DNA of 64,000 nucleotides from an uncultured archaeon (GCA_964583985.1 CAZOYD010000002.1:64001-128000), one strand, 5' to 3'. Positions 20,094-30,995 are shown, counted from the stretch's first letter. Translations and numbers: made by a program. Notes: generated by a model not told the origin, from the sequence alone.

Positions 20094-21206
20094 TCAAACG
20101 TTTCTATAGAATGGTGTTGAAGTTACTAATCCTTTCAACAATTTGTCTCGTATCTCAATTTGTACTTCTGTATTAATTTCCTTGAATCTTGCATCTATCA
20201 ACCCTAAACCAATTGTTTTTTGTAATGTTGGTGAAAACCCTCCAGAAGTAACATATCCGATTTCATTTCCGTCTTTATAAATTTTATAATCTTGTCTTAT
20301 TATACCACGATCTATTAAAGTCAATCCAACAAGAATCCGTTTAGTTCCTTTCGATTTCTGTTCTAATAAAACATCTTTTCCAATGTAATCAATTCCTTCT
20401 TTAGGTTTGACGAGCCAAAATAATCCAGCTTCAATGGGTGTAATTTTATCGTTTATTTCATGACCATAAAGAGAATAAGAAGCTTCAAGTCTTAAAGAAT
20501 CTCTTGCACCTAATCCAGCTGGTTTTGCACCCAATTCCATTAAAGTTTTCCATATGGTTAAAGCGTGTTGATTCTCCATCGAGAGTTCAAATCCTTTCTC
20601 CCCCGTGTATCCCGTTCTAGCTATAAAAATAGGTAGACCATTTAGTTTGCAATGCTTAAAATAAAATCGATCAATATTAGATAAATCGGTGTCTACTATT
20701 GTTTGCAAAAGATCATCGGCTATTGGACCTTGAAGTGCAATTCGAGCTCTTTGTTTTGAAAGATCCGTGATTTTAACATCCCAATCTCTAATATGACTAT
20801 TTAACCATTTAAAATCCTTCTCAACATTACTTGCATTAACAATCATACGAAATTTTTGTGGTGTTTCTTCATAATAAACCAAATCATCTACAACAGTCCC
20901 ATTTTCATAACACATGCAAGAATATTGCCCCTTTGAAGGTTCCAATAGCTTTAAATCATTTATCATTATATATTGGAGAAAGGGAAATATATCTTCTCCT
21001 TCAAGAAGAAATTCCCCCATATGTGATATATCAAAAATACCCGCATTATTTCTCACGGCAACATGCTCTTTAATAATACTTTCATATTGTACAGGCATAA
21101 TAAAACCAGCGAAGTCAACCATTTTTGCTCCTAAGGCAATATGTGAGTCATAAAGCGGAGTTCTTTTCGATTCGGTAATAATTTCCACACCATTTATAAT
21201 AATCAT
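20094..21206 (-). CDS. gcvT: Glycine cleavage system aminomethyltransferase T
   Basis: RTPLY, FDISHMG, ARTGYTGEKGFE, GLGARDSLRLEA, VTSG.FSP.L. Confidence 0.97.
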   Translation of the reverse strand: MIIINGVEIITESKRTPLYDSHIALGAKMVDFAGFIMPVQYESIIKEHVAVRNNAGIFDISHMGEFLLEGEDIFPFLQYIMINDLKLLEPSKGQYSCMCYENGTVVDDLVYYEETPQKFRMIVNASNVEKDFKWLNSHIRDWDVKITDLSKQRARIALQGPIADDLLQTIVDTDLSNIDRFYFKHCKLNGLPIFIARTGYTGEKGFELSMENQHALTIWKTLMELGAKPAGLGARDSLRLEASYSLYGHEINDKITPIEAGLFWLVKPKEGIDYIGKDVLLEQKSKGTKRILVGLTLIDRGIIRQDYKIYKDGNEIGYVTSGGFSPTLQKTIGLGLIDARFKEINTEVQIEIRDKLLKGLVTSTPFYRNV

Positions 21207-21320
21207 ATAATATTGAGAGTATAAAGTGCTCAGAATTATTTAAATTTTCAGTCTGATATTTAAAAAAGGATTTTCGGGAAAAAAATGGGTATTTTGCGAT
21301 GAAAACTTTACATTTGCTCA

Positions 21321-21854
21321 TTATTCTTCAACAGGGATCTCAACAAGGCTTAACACATCATATCCTTCTAACTTTTCCTTTCCATGTAAACTACCTGTTA
21401 ATTCTATTACAAATGCTACTCCTTCAACTATTCCTCCTGCTTTTTCTATTAAGTTACAGGCAGCTTTAGCAGTTCCTCCCGTCGCTAATAAATCATCAAA
21501 TAATAGAACCTTTTCACCCTTTTTGATAGCATCAACGTGCATTTCTATTTTATCTGTTCCATATTCAAGTTCATATTCTTCACTTATTACTTTTGCAGGC
21601 AATTTACCTGGCTTTCTTATCAAGATAAAACCGGCATCAAGATGATATGCTATAACACCACCCCAAATATACCCTCTAGCTTCGATTGCTGCGACTTTAC
21701 TAATCCCTCTATTTTTAAAATGATTTATGATGATATCATTAGATTCTTTGAAGGCTGCCGGATTTTTGGCCAATGTTGTAACATCTTTAAATTGAATTCC
21801 CTCTATGGGAAAATTTGGAACATTACGTATGTATTTTAAAAGATCCATCTTCAT
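21321..21854 (-). CDS. apt: Adenine phosphoribosyltransferase
   Basis: NFPIEGIQFKD, EARG, RKPGKLP, LEYG, DDLLATGGT. Confidence 0.96.
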   Translation of the reverse strand: MKMDLLKYIRNVPNFPIEGIQFKDVTTLAKNPAAFKESNDIIINHFKNRGISKVAAIEARGYIWGGVIAYHLDAGFILIRKPGKLPAKVISEEYELEYGTDKIEMHVDAIKKGEKVLLFDDLLATGGTAKAACNLIEKAGGIVEGVAFVIELTGSLHGKEKLEGYDVLSLVEIPVEE

Positions 21855-22114
21855 TCATCCAATATCTTTTAGATTTAATAAATTTTAAATTAGGTAATTA
21901 AAAATATTATTTAATTGAATCGTCACAATTTATAAATATAAAAACTCAAGGCAAATTAAAAAGTAAATAAAATTAAATAAACATTAATTTATACTGAATA
22001 TAATAGACGATGAAATACGATTAATTAAAAGAGATTTAGTTTATCTTTATCATATTAGAGATTAATTTTCGAAATCATAATAAAATAATAAAAGTTCAGA
22101 ATCATCATAAAAGG

Positions 22115-23077
22115 GTGGAAAGGATTAAAATACTATTATTTGGTCCAGAAAATGCGGGAAAAACAAGCTTAATGAGAACAACTTGCTTAGGTTATAATTT
22201 CATGAAGGTTTTAAATCTTAAACCTACGAAAAGCATATCAAGAGAGAATTTTATCTTTAGAGGTATAATGGAAATAAATTTGTGGGATGCTGGAGGTCAA
22301 TCTCATTACATGGAGAGATATTTTTCTGAATCCCATCGAGAATTAGTATTTTCAGAGGTTACAACAGCAGTTTTTATGGTTGATTCTACAGTTGTTGAAG
22401 ATCGAATTAAAGAAGTTTTTGATAAATTCTTAACATATATATTCGAATTTAGTCCCCATATCGATAAAGTTTATGTATTGCTAAATAAAATTGATCTGCA
22501 AGAATCTGAAGAAGATAAGGTTTATGATATATTAGTAAAGGGATTATCTGATGAAATACGAGATAAATTAGCTTTTACTCCCGTGTCAGTTAAGGAGGGT
22601 AGTGCACAACATCGGCTAATTGAAATCCTTGATTATGAAATTCAACAAAACACACTATCATTACAACGTCTTGGAAAAATAAGGCATTTATTGGATGAAT
22701 TAAAGGTGAATACTCTATCAGAATATCTATTATTTAACCAACCAGATGGTTTAATAATTGCATCTACTTTGGGAAAGTTTGAAAGTAAACCTTTACAATT
22801 CATGAAATTTGAGATTGGTACGCTAGATTCTAATATATATCAAATTTACTCAAAAATAATGAACTTATTGAATTCTGACATCTCCCCATTAGAATTATCA
22901 ATTGTTATTTATGAAAGCGAAAAGAATTATGTTTTAATTAAAGAAGTGAGTAATAATACGGTTTTAATGGCAGTTACTAAGAATAAAAATGAAGAAGCAT
23001 TTGTTACAATAATGAAAACTCTCACTGGGGACCATTTCAACAATTTAAAAGAGTATTTAAATAACGAGAATTTTTAA
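22115..23077 (+). CDS. Rag/Gtr1-like GTPase with probable C-terminal roadblock domain
   Basis: GPENAGKTS, NLWDAGGQ..YMERYF, NKID; C-terminal ~130 aa with a DGLIIAS roadblock-like signature. Confidence 0.82.
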   Translation: MERIKILLFGPENAGKTSLMRTTCLGYNFMKVLNLKPTKSISRENFIFRGIMEINLWDAGGQSHYMERYFSESHRELVFSEVTTAVFMVDSTVVEDRIKEVFDKFLTYIFEFSPHIDKVYVLLNKIDLQESEEDKVYDILVKGLSDEIRDKLAFTPVSVKEGSAQHRLIEILDYEIQQNTLSLQRLGKIRHLLDELKVNTLSEYLLFNQPDGLIIASTLGKFESKPLQFMKFEIGTLDSNIYQIYSKIMNLLNSDISPLELSIVIYESEKNYVLIKEVSNNTVLMAVTKNKNEEAFVTIMKTLTGDHFNNLKEYLNNENF

Positions 23078-23133
23078 CTCCTACCATTTCTAATTCTAAA
23101 ATAAAAAGGTAAAAAAAATCAACAAAAAAAGTT

Positions 23134-23985
23134 TTACGCCTCTTTTTCATGTAAGCCAATCTTCTTGAGCAAGTTTTGTTTTGCATGATGAGGTCTTCTA
23201 ATAACAGTATCATTGGATTTTTCAATTTCTCTTGCTTGATCACACATAATTGCAGCAGTCCTCATCATTTCATGAGCTGCTGCTAATAATGGCATGTATT
23301 CCTCTCTTTCTTTTAATACAAAACATGCTTGAGCTGTAACTTTTGAAACAGAAGATGCCAACTCAAATGCTGCAATTGCTTTTGCTTCTGCATATGGATT
23401 AGAAAATTCGGCTCCTTTCAATGCGGTAGTGGCATCAATTGTAATTTGTGGCAATATAGGAGTCTTACCTTCCAGCATGTCCATTAATACTTTGTTCAAT
23501 TCTCCAGCAATTACTTGTAACGCTCCCGTAATGGCTAAAACTTTCAAAAGATCGGCGTTAAAACAACTCATTTCAACAGGATCCAAGAAGGGTCTTCTCG
23601 CACCTATCATGCTATCACAATTGACCAAGATATATCCCATATTTTTCTCTTTTATTTCATCGATTGCTTTCTTTGCTGGCGCGTCTGAAATGATTATGGT
23701 TGGGATTCCAGCAGAATGAGCCATCTCTCTTGCTTTCATAGGACCCTTAAGTGCTGCATTGGGACTAGACATTAGTATTAATTCTGGTTTAAATTCCAAG
23801 AGTGCTTTCATTGTTTCTTCACATTCTTCAGGAGGATGCATTTTTGCCCCAGAGGTAACTTCTCGCACTTTTAATCGTGTAGCTTCAGCCCGTTCATCCA
23901 TTAAGAATGCAAGCAGAAGGGAACTTCCAATCGTCCCATTCTTAAGAATTCCTATATTTAAAATTTTTTCTGACATTTTTTTCAA
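23134..23985 (-). CDS. mtd: F420-dependent methylene-H4MPT dehydrogenase
   Basis: DERAE, SGAKM, SPNAA..GP..ARE, DSMIGARR.FLDPVEM..FNAD, NPYA.AKA, AAAHE, R.PH. Confidence 0.95.
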   Translation of the reverse strand: MKKMSEKILNIGILKNGTIGSSLLLAFLMDERAEATRLKVREVTSGAKMHPPEECEETMKALLEFKPELILMSSPNAALKGPMKAREMAHSAGIPTIIISDAPAKKAIDEIKEKNMGYILVNCDSMIGARRPFLDPVEMSCFNADLLKVLAITGALQVIAGELNKVLMDMLEGKTPILPQITIDATTALKGAEFSNPYAEAKAIAAFELASSVSKVTAQACFVLKEREEYMPLLAAAHEMMRTAAIMCDQAREIEKSNDTVIRRPHHAKQNLLKKIGLHEKEA

Positions 23986-24389
23986 CTTTAGAGTTTGCTA
24001 ATTTAACAAGATATTATTATTTTTCATACTTTAAAAAAAAATCACCTTTTTGCAAGGTTATTTAACCTCTTAATTTTATGGATCTGAATGAGATTATTTC
24101 TCAAACTAATCTTTTTTGACCTTTAGAGAAAGTTTTTATATAAAATCTAATAGTGGAATACCTATATGATATTTTACTTTAAAAAAAGACTCTGAGATTC
24201 GTACATTAGAAAATTATTATATATGTATCTTCGGTTTATGTTTACTCAGAGAATTATTCAAGCTAAACTTACAGACATTTATGATTCAAGACTTAATACT
24301 ATAAATCTAAATCCCTCTTTTTTCCGAAAATATTTGAAAAAGTGGCGTAAAAAGAACTTGTATCACAAAAATTAATAAAAAGAATTTAG

Positions 24390-25229
24390 TTATTTTAATC
24401 CCGTCATTTTCATCGTTATATCCCATAACTTTTTCGCATATTCTTCGTTATAGGAATCTTCCGATGATCTTTGCTCTTGTTTGTTAATAAAATACTTTCC
24501 AGTTACTCCTTCTACCTCTGATGAAGATGCTAGATATATTGAAGTCTCAGCTGCTTTTTCAGGACTTTTAAAAAATCGTCTTACAATGCCTTTTTTTGGT
24601 TTTGATCTGTCTACACCCAAGTTTGTATTTACAACTCCGGGGTGGATTGTGTTCAAAGTAACTCCTGTTCCCTTTAACCTTCTACTGAGTTCATAAGAGA
24701 TCAACATTAAAGCTAATTTTGAATCTCCATATAATCCCATAAATCGGCGTTTTTTATTCTCGCCTTGAAGATCTTCAAAATCAATAGTACCATATTTATG
24801 TGCTGCTGAAGCGACATTAATTATTCTGCTTGGGGCGCTTTTTTTCAAGGTATCAAGCAATAGATTTGTTAATAAAAAAGGTGCTAAAAAGTTTACCGCA
24901 AAATTCATTTCAAATCCATCAACAGATAATTCACGTTTCGAAAGCATGACACCAGCGTTATTGATTAGCACGTGTAAATTCTGGTATTTTGTATTAAATT
25001 CTGTCGCAAAATTCCGAATAGAATCCAAAGATGATAAATCACAGAATAGCAAATCCACGTGATTATTCCCTGTTTTCTCGATGATCTCTTTTTGTGCCGT
25101 TTCTCCTCGTTCCAAATTTCTACAGACCATTATTACATTTGCATTTAACTTTGCTAATCCTATTGCAGTTGCATACCCTATGCCCGAATTAGCTCCTGTA
25201 ACAATACAGTTTTTTCCTTCCATATTCAT
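24390..25229 (-). CDS. Short-chain dehydrogenase/reductase (retinol dehydrogenase-like subgroup)
   Basis: TGANSGIG, INNAG, YGDSK (YxxxK), HPGVV.T. Confidence 0.92.
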   Translation of the reverse strand: MNMEGKNCIVTGANSGIGYATAIGLAKLNANVIMVCRNLERGETAQKEIIEKTGNNHVDLLFCDLSSLDSIRNFATEFNTKYQNLHVLINNAGVMLSKRELSVDGFEMNFAVNFLAPFLLTNLLLDTLKKSAPSRIINVASAAHKYGTIDFEDLQGENKKRRFMGLYGDSKLALMLISYELSRRLKGTGVTLNTIHPGVVNTNLGVDRSKPKKGIVRRFFKSPEKAAETSIYLASSSEVEGVTGKYFINKQEQRSSEDSYNEEYAKKLWDITMKMTGLK

Positions 25230-25487
25230 GTTTTTTTACCTAAGTTAACTTATTACCATATAAAAACTAGATTTTAGTGGATAAGCTTGGTTAGGATAAA
25301 AATTATTTGTAGTTTTTGTTAATAAAATATTAAAATCTAAAATTTTTTTTGTAAAACTAAATTTTTATTTCAATTAATTTTAAACCACCTTTTAACATTA
25401 GTTCAAGGATTTCTTATACTTTTATATAAAATTGAGATCTATTAGTATTACCGAATAAATAAAAACTAATTTGGAGTTGATTAAAAA

Positions 25488-26399
25488 ATGGAATTAAATG
25501 GTGTAGAGATCGAGGATACATTCTGTGAAGCGTTTGGAGCAGTGTTTACGCGAATCTTAGTTACAGCGAAAAATGAGAAATGGGCAAATATTGCAGCCCA
25601 AGTAGCAACGGGATATGGAACGTCAACCATACATTGCGATTCCGAAGCTGGAATTGATGTAGTATTATCAGCTGATAAAACACCGGATAAACGTCCTGGA
25701 GTTGTATTGATGTTTTTTAAAACGAAGAAGGACCAAATGGATAACGTTTTATTAAATAGAGTTGGCCAATGTATCTTAACTTGTCCGACAACTGCTTGTT
25801 TTGACGCTTTAAATGGATCCTTAGACCCTGAAAAAGATTTTGACATTAAAACGGGTTTCAAACTTAAGTTTTTTGGCGATAAATTCGAGGAAAAAGTAGA
25901 GGGTCAACTTCCTTTTGAAGCGTGGCGCATTCCTGTAATGGATGGAGAATTTGTAGTCCAAAGTATTTTTAAAGTTGGAAAAGGAGTAGCAGGTGGAAAC
26001 TTCTTAATCATGGCTGAAAGCCAAGATGCGGGACTTGCAAGTGCTGAGGCTGCTGTTCAAGCAATGAAAGGTATTGAAAATGTTATTGCTCCATTCCCTG
26101 GAGGAATTGCTCGATCTGGAAGCAAGGTTGGGTCTAAGTACTCATTTTTGAATGCATCGACAAATGATCCCTTATGTCCCACACTTAGAACTAAAATTGA
26201 GAATTCTTTATTAAAGGAACATGATAATTGTGTATATGAAGTTATTTTAGATGGAGCCACAGAAGAAGCCCTGAAAAAAGCAATGAAAGTTGGAATAGAA
26301 GCTGCTGTAAAAGTTGGCGGAGTTAAAAGAATTAGCGCAGGAAATTACGGAGGAAAATTGGGTAAATTTCAATATCGCTTACACGATATCTTAAAATGA
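25488..26399 (+). CDS. ftr: Formylmethanofuran-H4MPT formyltransferase
   Basis: MELNGVEIEDTFCEAF, RVGQCILTCPTTA, GVAGGNF, FPGGIARSGSKVGS, ISAGNYGGKLG. Confidence 0.97.
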   Translation: MELNGVEIEDTFCEAFGAVFTRILVTAKNEKWANIAAQVATGYGTSTIHCDSEAGIDVVLSADKTPDKRPGVVLMFFKTKKDQMDNVLLNRVGQCILTCPTTACFDALNGSLDPEKDFDIKTGFKLKFFGDKFEEKVEGQLPFEAWRIPVMDGEFVVQSIFKVGKGVAGGNFLIMAESQDAGLASAEAAVQAMKGIENVIAPFPGGIARSGSKVGSKYSFLNASTNDPLCPTLRTKIENSLLKEHDNCVYEVILDGATEEALKKAMKVGIEAAVKVGGVKRISAGNYGGKLGKFQYRLHDILK

Positions 26400-26492
26400 C
26401 GAAAAAGTTAAAAATAGTAAATCAAAAACAAATTTATTTTAAATTTTTATCTCTTTTTTATTTCATTTGTAAATAAAAAAAATGATTATAAA

Positions 26493-28196
26493 TTAATTCA
26501 GTCTTCTTTTGATTTTCCTTTGTGGTTCAGTTATCGTTTTTGATTTTTCTTGTATATCTTCACTTTCATCTGTTTTCTCAACATCTGGTTGCGTTGTCTT
26601 ATCTTCGGATTTGAGCTGTTTTTTAGCTTTTCCCTTACTTGCTTTTTGTTTTTCTTTCGTTGATTTAGTGCTATCCGATTTATTTTTGCTTAATCCAAAC
26701 GCAAAACCGAAGATTATGCCGATCCCTAATCCAGAAAATAAAGCTATCCAAGGAAGGAATGACGAAATTAAATCAGGTATGATTCTAATTTCCTTTGGTC
26801 CAATATTGATATCAGAATTAAGGCGAGTTATCCCACCGTCAGCATCGATAACTACGAGGTATACATACCAGACACCAGATATCAATTCCTCAGTTCTTAT
26901 TATTATTTCCATGCCAGAATGATACTTATTGGTGATATTATACCAATTATTATCCTCATCCAATAAAGCTACTGTTATATAGGTGATTGTGTTTTCTACA
27001 TCAGAGACATTAAATGTGAAGATAAGATCTTCACCATAGTTCACTGAAATTTGTTGTTCAATTGAAAATCCATTAATCCAATAATCATGAATTATTGGTG
27101 CATTATTTATCACGTTTAGAGTCGTTGTATAGTTAGTAATTGCATCATATTGATCTTTTGCTTCAATGGTCACTTGATATGTACCAATTGGCTTAGATAT
27201 AGCAATAATAAACGTTCTACTAAATGTCCAATCTTCATTATTAGTAAATAATAGTGGTGATAACTTTTGACCATCGGGTGCTTGTAAAATTAAGGTTAGA
27301 GTAATATTTTCAGGACTTGTTAATGGTTCAATATCTGTCACGTTTAGATTAATTTCACACTCTTCGTTCCTTTTTAATGGATTTATAGAAATGTTAACCG
27401 ACGCTTCCACTATGGTGGGTGCTACTGGTAATACTTTAAAGGGAATGTAGGTTGCCACTAATTTACTGCTATGAGTATCTGACATGTTAATTTTAACGTA
27501 GTAATATGTATTAGAAACTTCAAAAAGATCAGTAATTTGAAACGTGAAATGATCTATGTCCATACCTAGATCGTATATAGTAGATTGAAGAGACTCATTA
27601 TCACTATCTACAATCGCGACATTCCATTCGAAGTTATAAGATCCAAAATCATTAACAATTAATTCACCATATGCTTTTTGATTTCTCTCATATTCACTAC
27701 TATTTACAAATCCCAAGTAATTCGATACTATTGTTATATTCGATTTTGTAGTTTGATCATTTAACTGTACTTTTGATACATCAAGAAGTTGAAAACTAAC
27801 ATTATGAAACCCTAAAGGTGCATCGTATTCTGCCACATAAATAAAAGTAAAGATGTCTGTTCCTGATTCTCTCTCCATTTCATAAAGTCTTGAACCAATA
27901 TCATTAAATTCTATTCTCATAATTGTAGTGTTAGTTTCAGAGAATCCTGAAGTATTCACTTCAAATTTGACTGAATCAAATGCTCTATAGATCGTAGAAA
28001 CAGTTCGATTAATAGCAGAATAATTCAGATGTGAGCCATTATCAGAAAGATTTAAGAAATACATTTGATCATTTTCATTATAAACTTGTGAAGTGTCCTT
28101 TAGATCTGCATTAGAAATGAGGCATGTACCTATAATGGATACGATTAAAACTGAGATAATTAAAATCCTATCAAATTTTCTTTTCGTATTCTTCAT
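26493..28196 (-). CDS. Type I membrane/surface protein with beta-sandwich (Ig-like) repeats
   Basis: N-terminal hydrophobic signal, beta-rich ectodomain with many NxS/T sequons, APTI/NNAPII repeat starts, C-terminal TM and Lys/Glu-rich tail. Confidence 0.7.
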   Translation of the reverse strand: MKNTKRKFDRILIISVLIVSIIGTCLISNADLKDTSQVYNENDQMYFLNLSDNGSHLNYSAINRTVSTIYRAFDSVKFEVNTSGFSETNTTIMRIEFNDIGSRLYEMERESGTDIFTFIYVAEYDAPLGFHNVSFQLLDVSKVQLNDQTTKSNITIVSNYLGFVNSSEYERNQKAYGELIVNDFGSYNFEWNVAIVDSDNESLQSTIYDLGMDIDHFTFQITDLFEVSNTYYYVKINMSDTHSSKLVATYIPFKVLPVAPTIVEASVNISINPLKRNEECEINLNVTDIEPLTSPENITLTLILQAPDGQKLSPLLFTNNEDWTFSRTFIIAISKPIGTYQVTIEAKDQYDAITNYTTTLNVINNAPIIHDYWINGFSIEQQISVNYGEDLIFTFNVSDVENTITYITVALLDEDNNWYNITNKYHSGMEIIIRTEELISGVWYVYLVVIDADGGITRLNSDINIGPKEIRIIPDLISSFLPWIALFSGLGIGIIFGFAFGLSKNKSDSTKSTKEKQKASKGKAKKQLKSEDKTTQPDVEKTDESEDIQEKSKTITEPQRKIKRRLN

Positions 28197-28202
28197 GTTT
28201 AA

Positions 28203-30995
28203 TCATCTTCGTAATAGTTTGTGTTTTAATTCTTTACTTTTATAAAATAAAATGATACCAATCGGAATGAGTATTGGTAAAACGTAAAAGAGTACCAAGT
28301 TTGTTGCGGATAGTTCGATCGACACTTCAAAATAATATTGTACAATAGTCTCCCCGAAACTATTTCTTAATTCAAATGTATACGTTTTCGCTATTAAATC
28401 ATATGGATTTATTGTGGGAACCACTTTAGCAATTACATAATTTATACCTGGAGCTAACCCGTTGATATTTGTGTTCCACTTTTCTCCATTAACGTATAAT
28501 GAAAAGGTTTCAGAAGATTCTTTATTATTTTTTATACTGAGCGTAAATAAAGCAACATTACCTTGTTCGATAGCATGAGGAAAGAAAACGCTTAATATTT
28601 CATAAGCAGGTATTATTTCTACTTCAATGGACTTTGTATAATATACGGTATTCCCTTTAGAAAGATCTAGATTAATATTGATGTAATCCTCAATCAAATC
28701 TTCAGATACCAATAAGTTGTAATGTAGAAATCTGACTTCTTTTTCAATCAGGTCGATTTCTTCCTTTATGTTCTGAATATGAGGACTACTAAAAGTAACA
28801 TTTATTGATTGGCTACTATTAGGCAAAAAATTTATTAAATTAAATGATACTTGAACTGTTTGACCTTTAACTATTCTATTTACGTATATAAAATCCGTAT
28901 AATCAAATGAATGACCAATATTTACACCCTTAATAACTTCTAAATATAAAATATTCCCTGATTCAAATTTAATTGAGATTTTATGTGATCCAATGCTCGC
29001 TCCTAACCTTGCGGTTAGATTAAAAGACACATTGGTAAGTTGCATAGAAGGGAATAATAAAACTTGAGATTCGGTAAGTATATCTTCTTCCTCCATTGTT
29101 ATGGTTAATGTCACGTTATCATTTCGAGTATTATTTATGGGTAGTTCTATAATAAAGGTTGGACCTTGATATAATACATCGGGCAATCCTAAAATTGTAT
29201 AGTTCACTAAACCAGACACAACGTTGAAATTTTTAAGTGTTTGAGCAGTTCTAAATTTCGAACAATTTGCATAAATGTATAAATTATAATTCTGACCAAT
29301 CGGTAACGTATCGTTAATAGCATATTTTAAGTTTGTAATATCTTCTGCAATCGGTTGATTCAATGTTTCAAATAAAGTACCATTTGGATATTTGAAAATA
29401 TAAGTTGTTTCAGCAGATGTTATATTATTTTCTAGTGTAAAAGTTTCATAACTCTTCGTTGTCTGATTGTAATAACTCATTTCTTTTTGTATCTTATAAA
29501 TAGTATCAATATTTAATACTTGCTCATTAAAAATGAAATCTGGTACTTCTGATGAAACATTAAATGACGCATCTAAAAAACTACAACTGTAAATCTCGTA
29601 AGCTTTCATGTAAGCGTCAATTAATTTTAAATTAGCGTTTAAGTTTTTCCCATCATCCACAGGACTAAAGATAGATTTATCATAAGCATTAACGGATGGA
29701 TCATAAAAACTATTTTCAAATGCAGTATGAATATCAAAAGCAGTATTATAAAATGTTAGATTTCCAGTTGATTCGAATAGTTTCAAGCACGCGAGCATAT
29801 AGAGCGAATTTGCTTCAAGATCAACTTTTTGGTCTTGAATAGTGGACCAAATTCGGTCAGCACTATAATAATAAACGTTAGTTGATCCGTATTCTAAATA
29901 CTGCTCAATTTGTTTATATATTGCGATAGCTTTATCTAACAATGTTGAATCCGTCATTCCAGTTTCTAACCAATACTCAAGTAAGGTAATGATTCCTAAA
30001 GCATTAACATCCAAGTATTTATAAGTAGCTCCGGACAAACCACCCACAGACCAGTCATTCCTAGCAAATTTGTAAAACCCATCATCAGTATCATCCCACA
30101 TTGCATCAAGTAATTTATCCATTGTCATGTTGGCTAATTCATATGCTCTGTTTTTAATAGTAGAATCTAAGCTTAATTTTTCAAATGCGTTCCTGATTTC
30201 TAGATTTGTTAAAATTGCATATAAATTGCTTTTTGTATCTTTATTTTCGGTAAAATCAGTAGAATTATACGTTGAAAATCCTGAGTATTGACTATCCCAA
30301 AATTGCGAAGAATTTATCAGAAAAAACATCTCTTCAATCGAATTATAGGGATATTGAACTGGATTTGAATTATAAAGGGATGCAATATCAACTCCCATAT
30401 TTTCAATAAGCATTGAAATTGGCATCAGATTATCAATTAATGATCTTCGATCATCAATGACAAGGCCAGTAGAATTATCGACCGAACTAACAAACCCATA
30501 TGAAAATTCAGCGGCTCCATCATACCAAAAGAGAGATGTTTTTAATGCTAAATAATTGTCATATAATTCTTGCCACCCTAAATCATCCCGTAAGAGAGTA
30601 TTATAGAGCAAAAGAGTATCAATAGGATATACTGTATCATCTGTGATTATTCCTGATGCATCTCCACTTCTAAAATAGGTATCTACTCCCATATTTAATT
30701 CAGTCCTATATTTCCCATTGAAAAATTGCCAGATTTTGTCAAAATTTACTGTGAAGGGATCCTGAAATAATGAAATCCCCGCTGAAGGATTTAAATCCAA
30801 TTGATTTTCAGTCTCATCATAAAAATCTTGGTTAGGAAGTTCTGAAATTTGGATTTTATTTTGATTTTTATTACATGAAAAGTAAATGATATTGGTTATC
30901 ATAAAAATTATTAATACCAGAGATAAAATCTTCCTAAATTTATCTTGTTTTTCATTCCTCCTTAAATGAGATACAATACTAGCGGTAGATTTCAT
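28203..30995 (-). CDS. Large surface protein: alpha/alpha-toroid (six-hairpin glycosidase-like) domain plus Ig-like stalk and C-terminal TM
   Basis: Signal anchor; repeated FWD/MWD/FYD...GF helical-hairpin pattern with DNL/SNL/DVNAL/EANSL; beta-rich C-half; terminal TM with basic tail. Confidence 0.62.
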   Translation of the reverse strand: MKSTASIVSHLRRNEKQDKFRKILSLVLIIFMITNIIYFSCNKNQNKIQISELPNQDFYDETENQLDLNPSAGISLFQDPFTVNFDKIWQFFNGKYRTELNMGVDTYFRSGDASGIITDDTVYPIDTLLLYNTLLRDDLGWQELYDNYLALKTSLFWYDGAAEFSYGFVSSVDNSTGLVIDDRRSLIDNLMPISMLIENMGVDIASLYNSNPVQYPYNSIEEMFFLINSSQFWDSQYSGFSTYNSTDFTENKDTKSNLYAILTNLEIRNAFEKLSLDSTIKNRAYELANMTMDKLLDAMWDDTDDGFYKFARNDWSVGGLSGATYKYLDVNALGIITLLEYWLETGMTDSTLLDKAIAIYKQIEQYLEYGSTNVYYYSADRIWSTIQDQKVDLEANSLYMLACLKLFESTGNLTFYNTAFDIHTAFENSFYDPSVNAYDKSIFSPVDDGKNLNANLKLIDAYMKAYEIYSCSFLDASFNVSSEVPDFIFNEQVLNIDTIYKIQKEMSYYNQTTKSYETFTLENNITSAETTYIFKYPNGTLFETLNQPIAEDITNLKYAINDTLPIGQNYNLYIYANCSKFRTAQTLKNFNVVSGLVNYTILGLPDVLYQGPTFIIELPINNTRNDNVTLTITMEEEDILTESQVLLFPSMQLTNVSFNLTARLGASIGSHKISIKFESGNILYLEVIKGVNIGHSFDYTDFIYVNRIVKGQTVQVSFNLINFLPNSSQSINVTFSSPHIQNIKEEIDLIEKEVRFLHYNLLVSEDLIEDYININLDLSKGNTVYYTKSIEVEIIPAYEILSVFFPHAIEQGNVALFTLSIKNNKESSETFSLYVNGEKWNTNINGLAPGINYVIAKVVPTINPYDLIAKTYTFELRNSFGETIVQYYFEVSIELSATNLVLFYVLPILIPIGIILFYKSKELKHKLLRR

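Noticed and set aside
24223-24375. 50-codon ORF (MYLRFMFTQ...) in the mtd-SDR gap
   Set aside because: No recognisable motif or RBS and composition expected from AT-rich DNA; cannot be supported.
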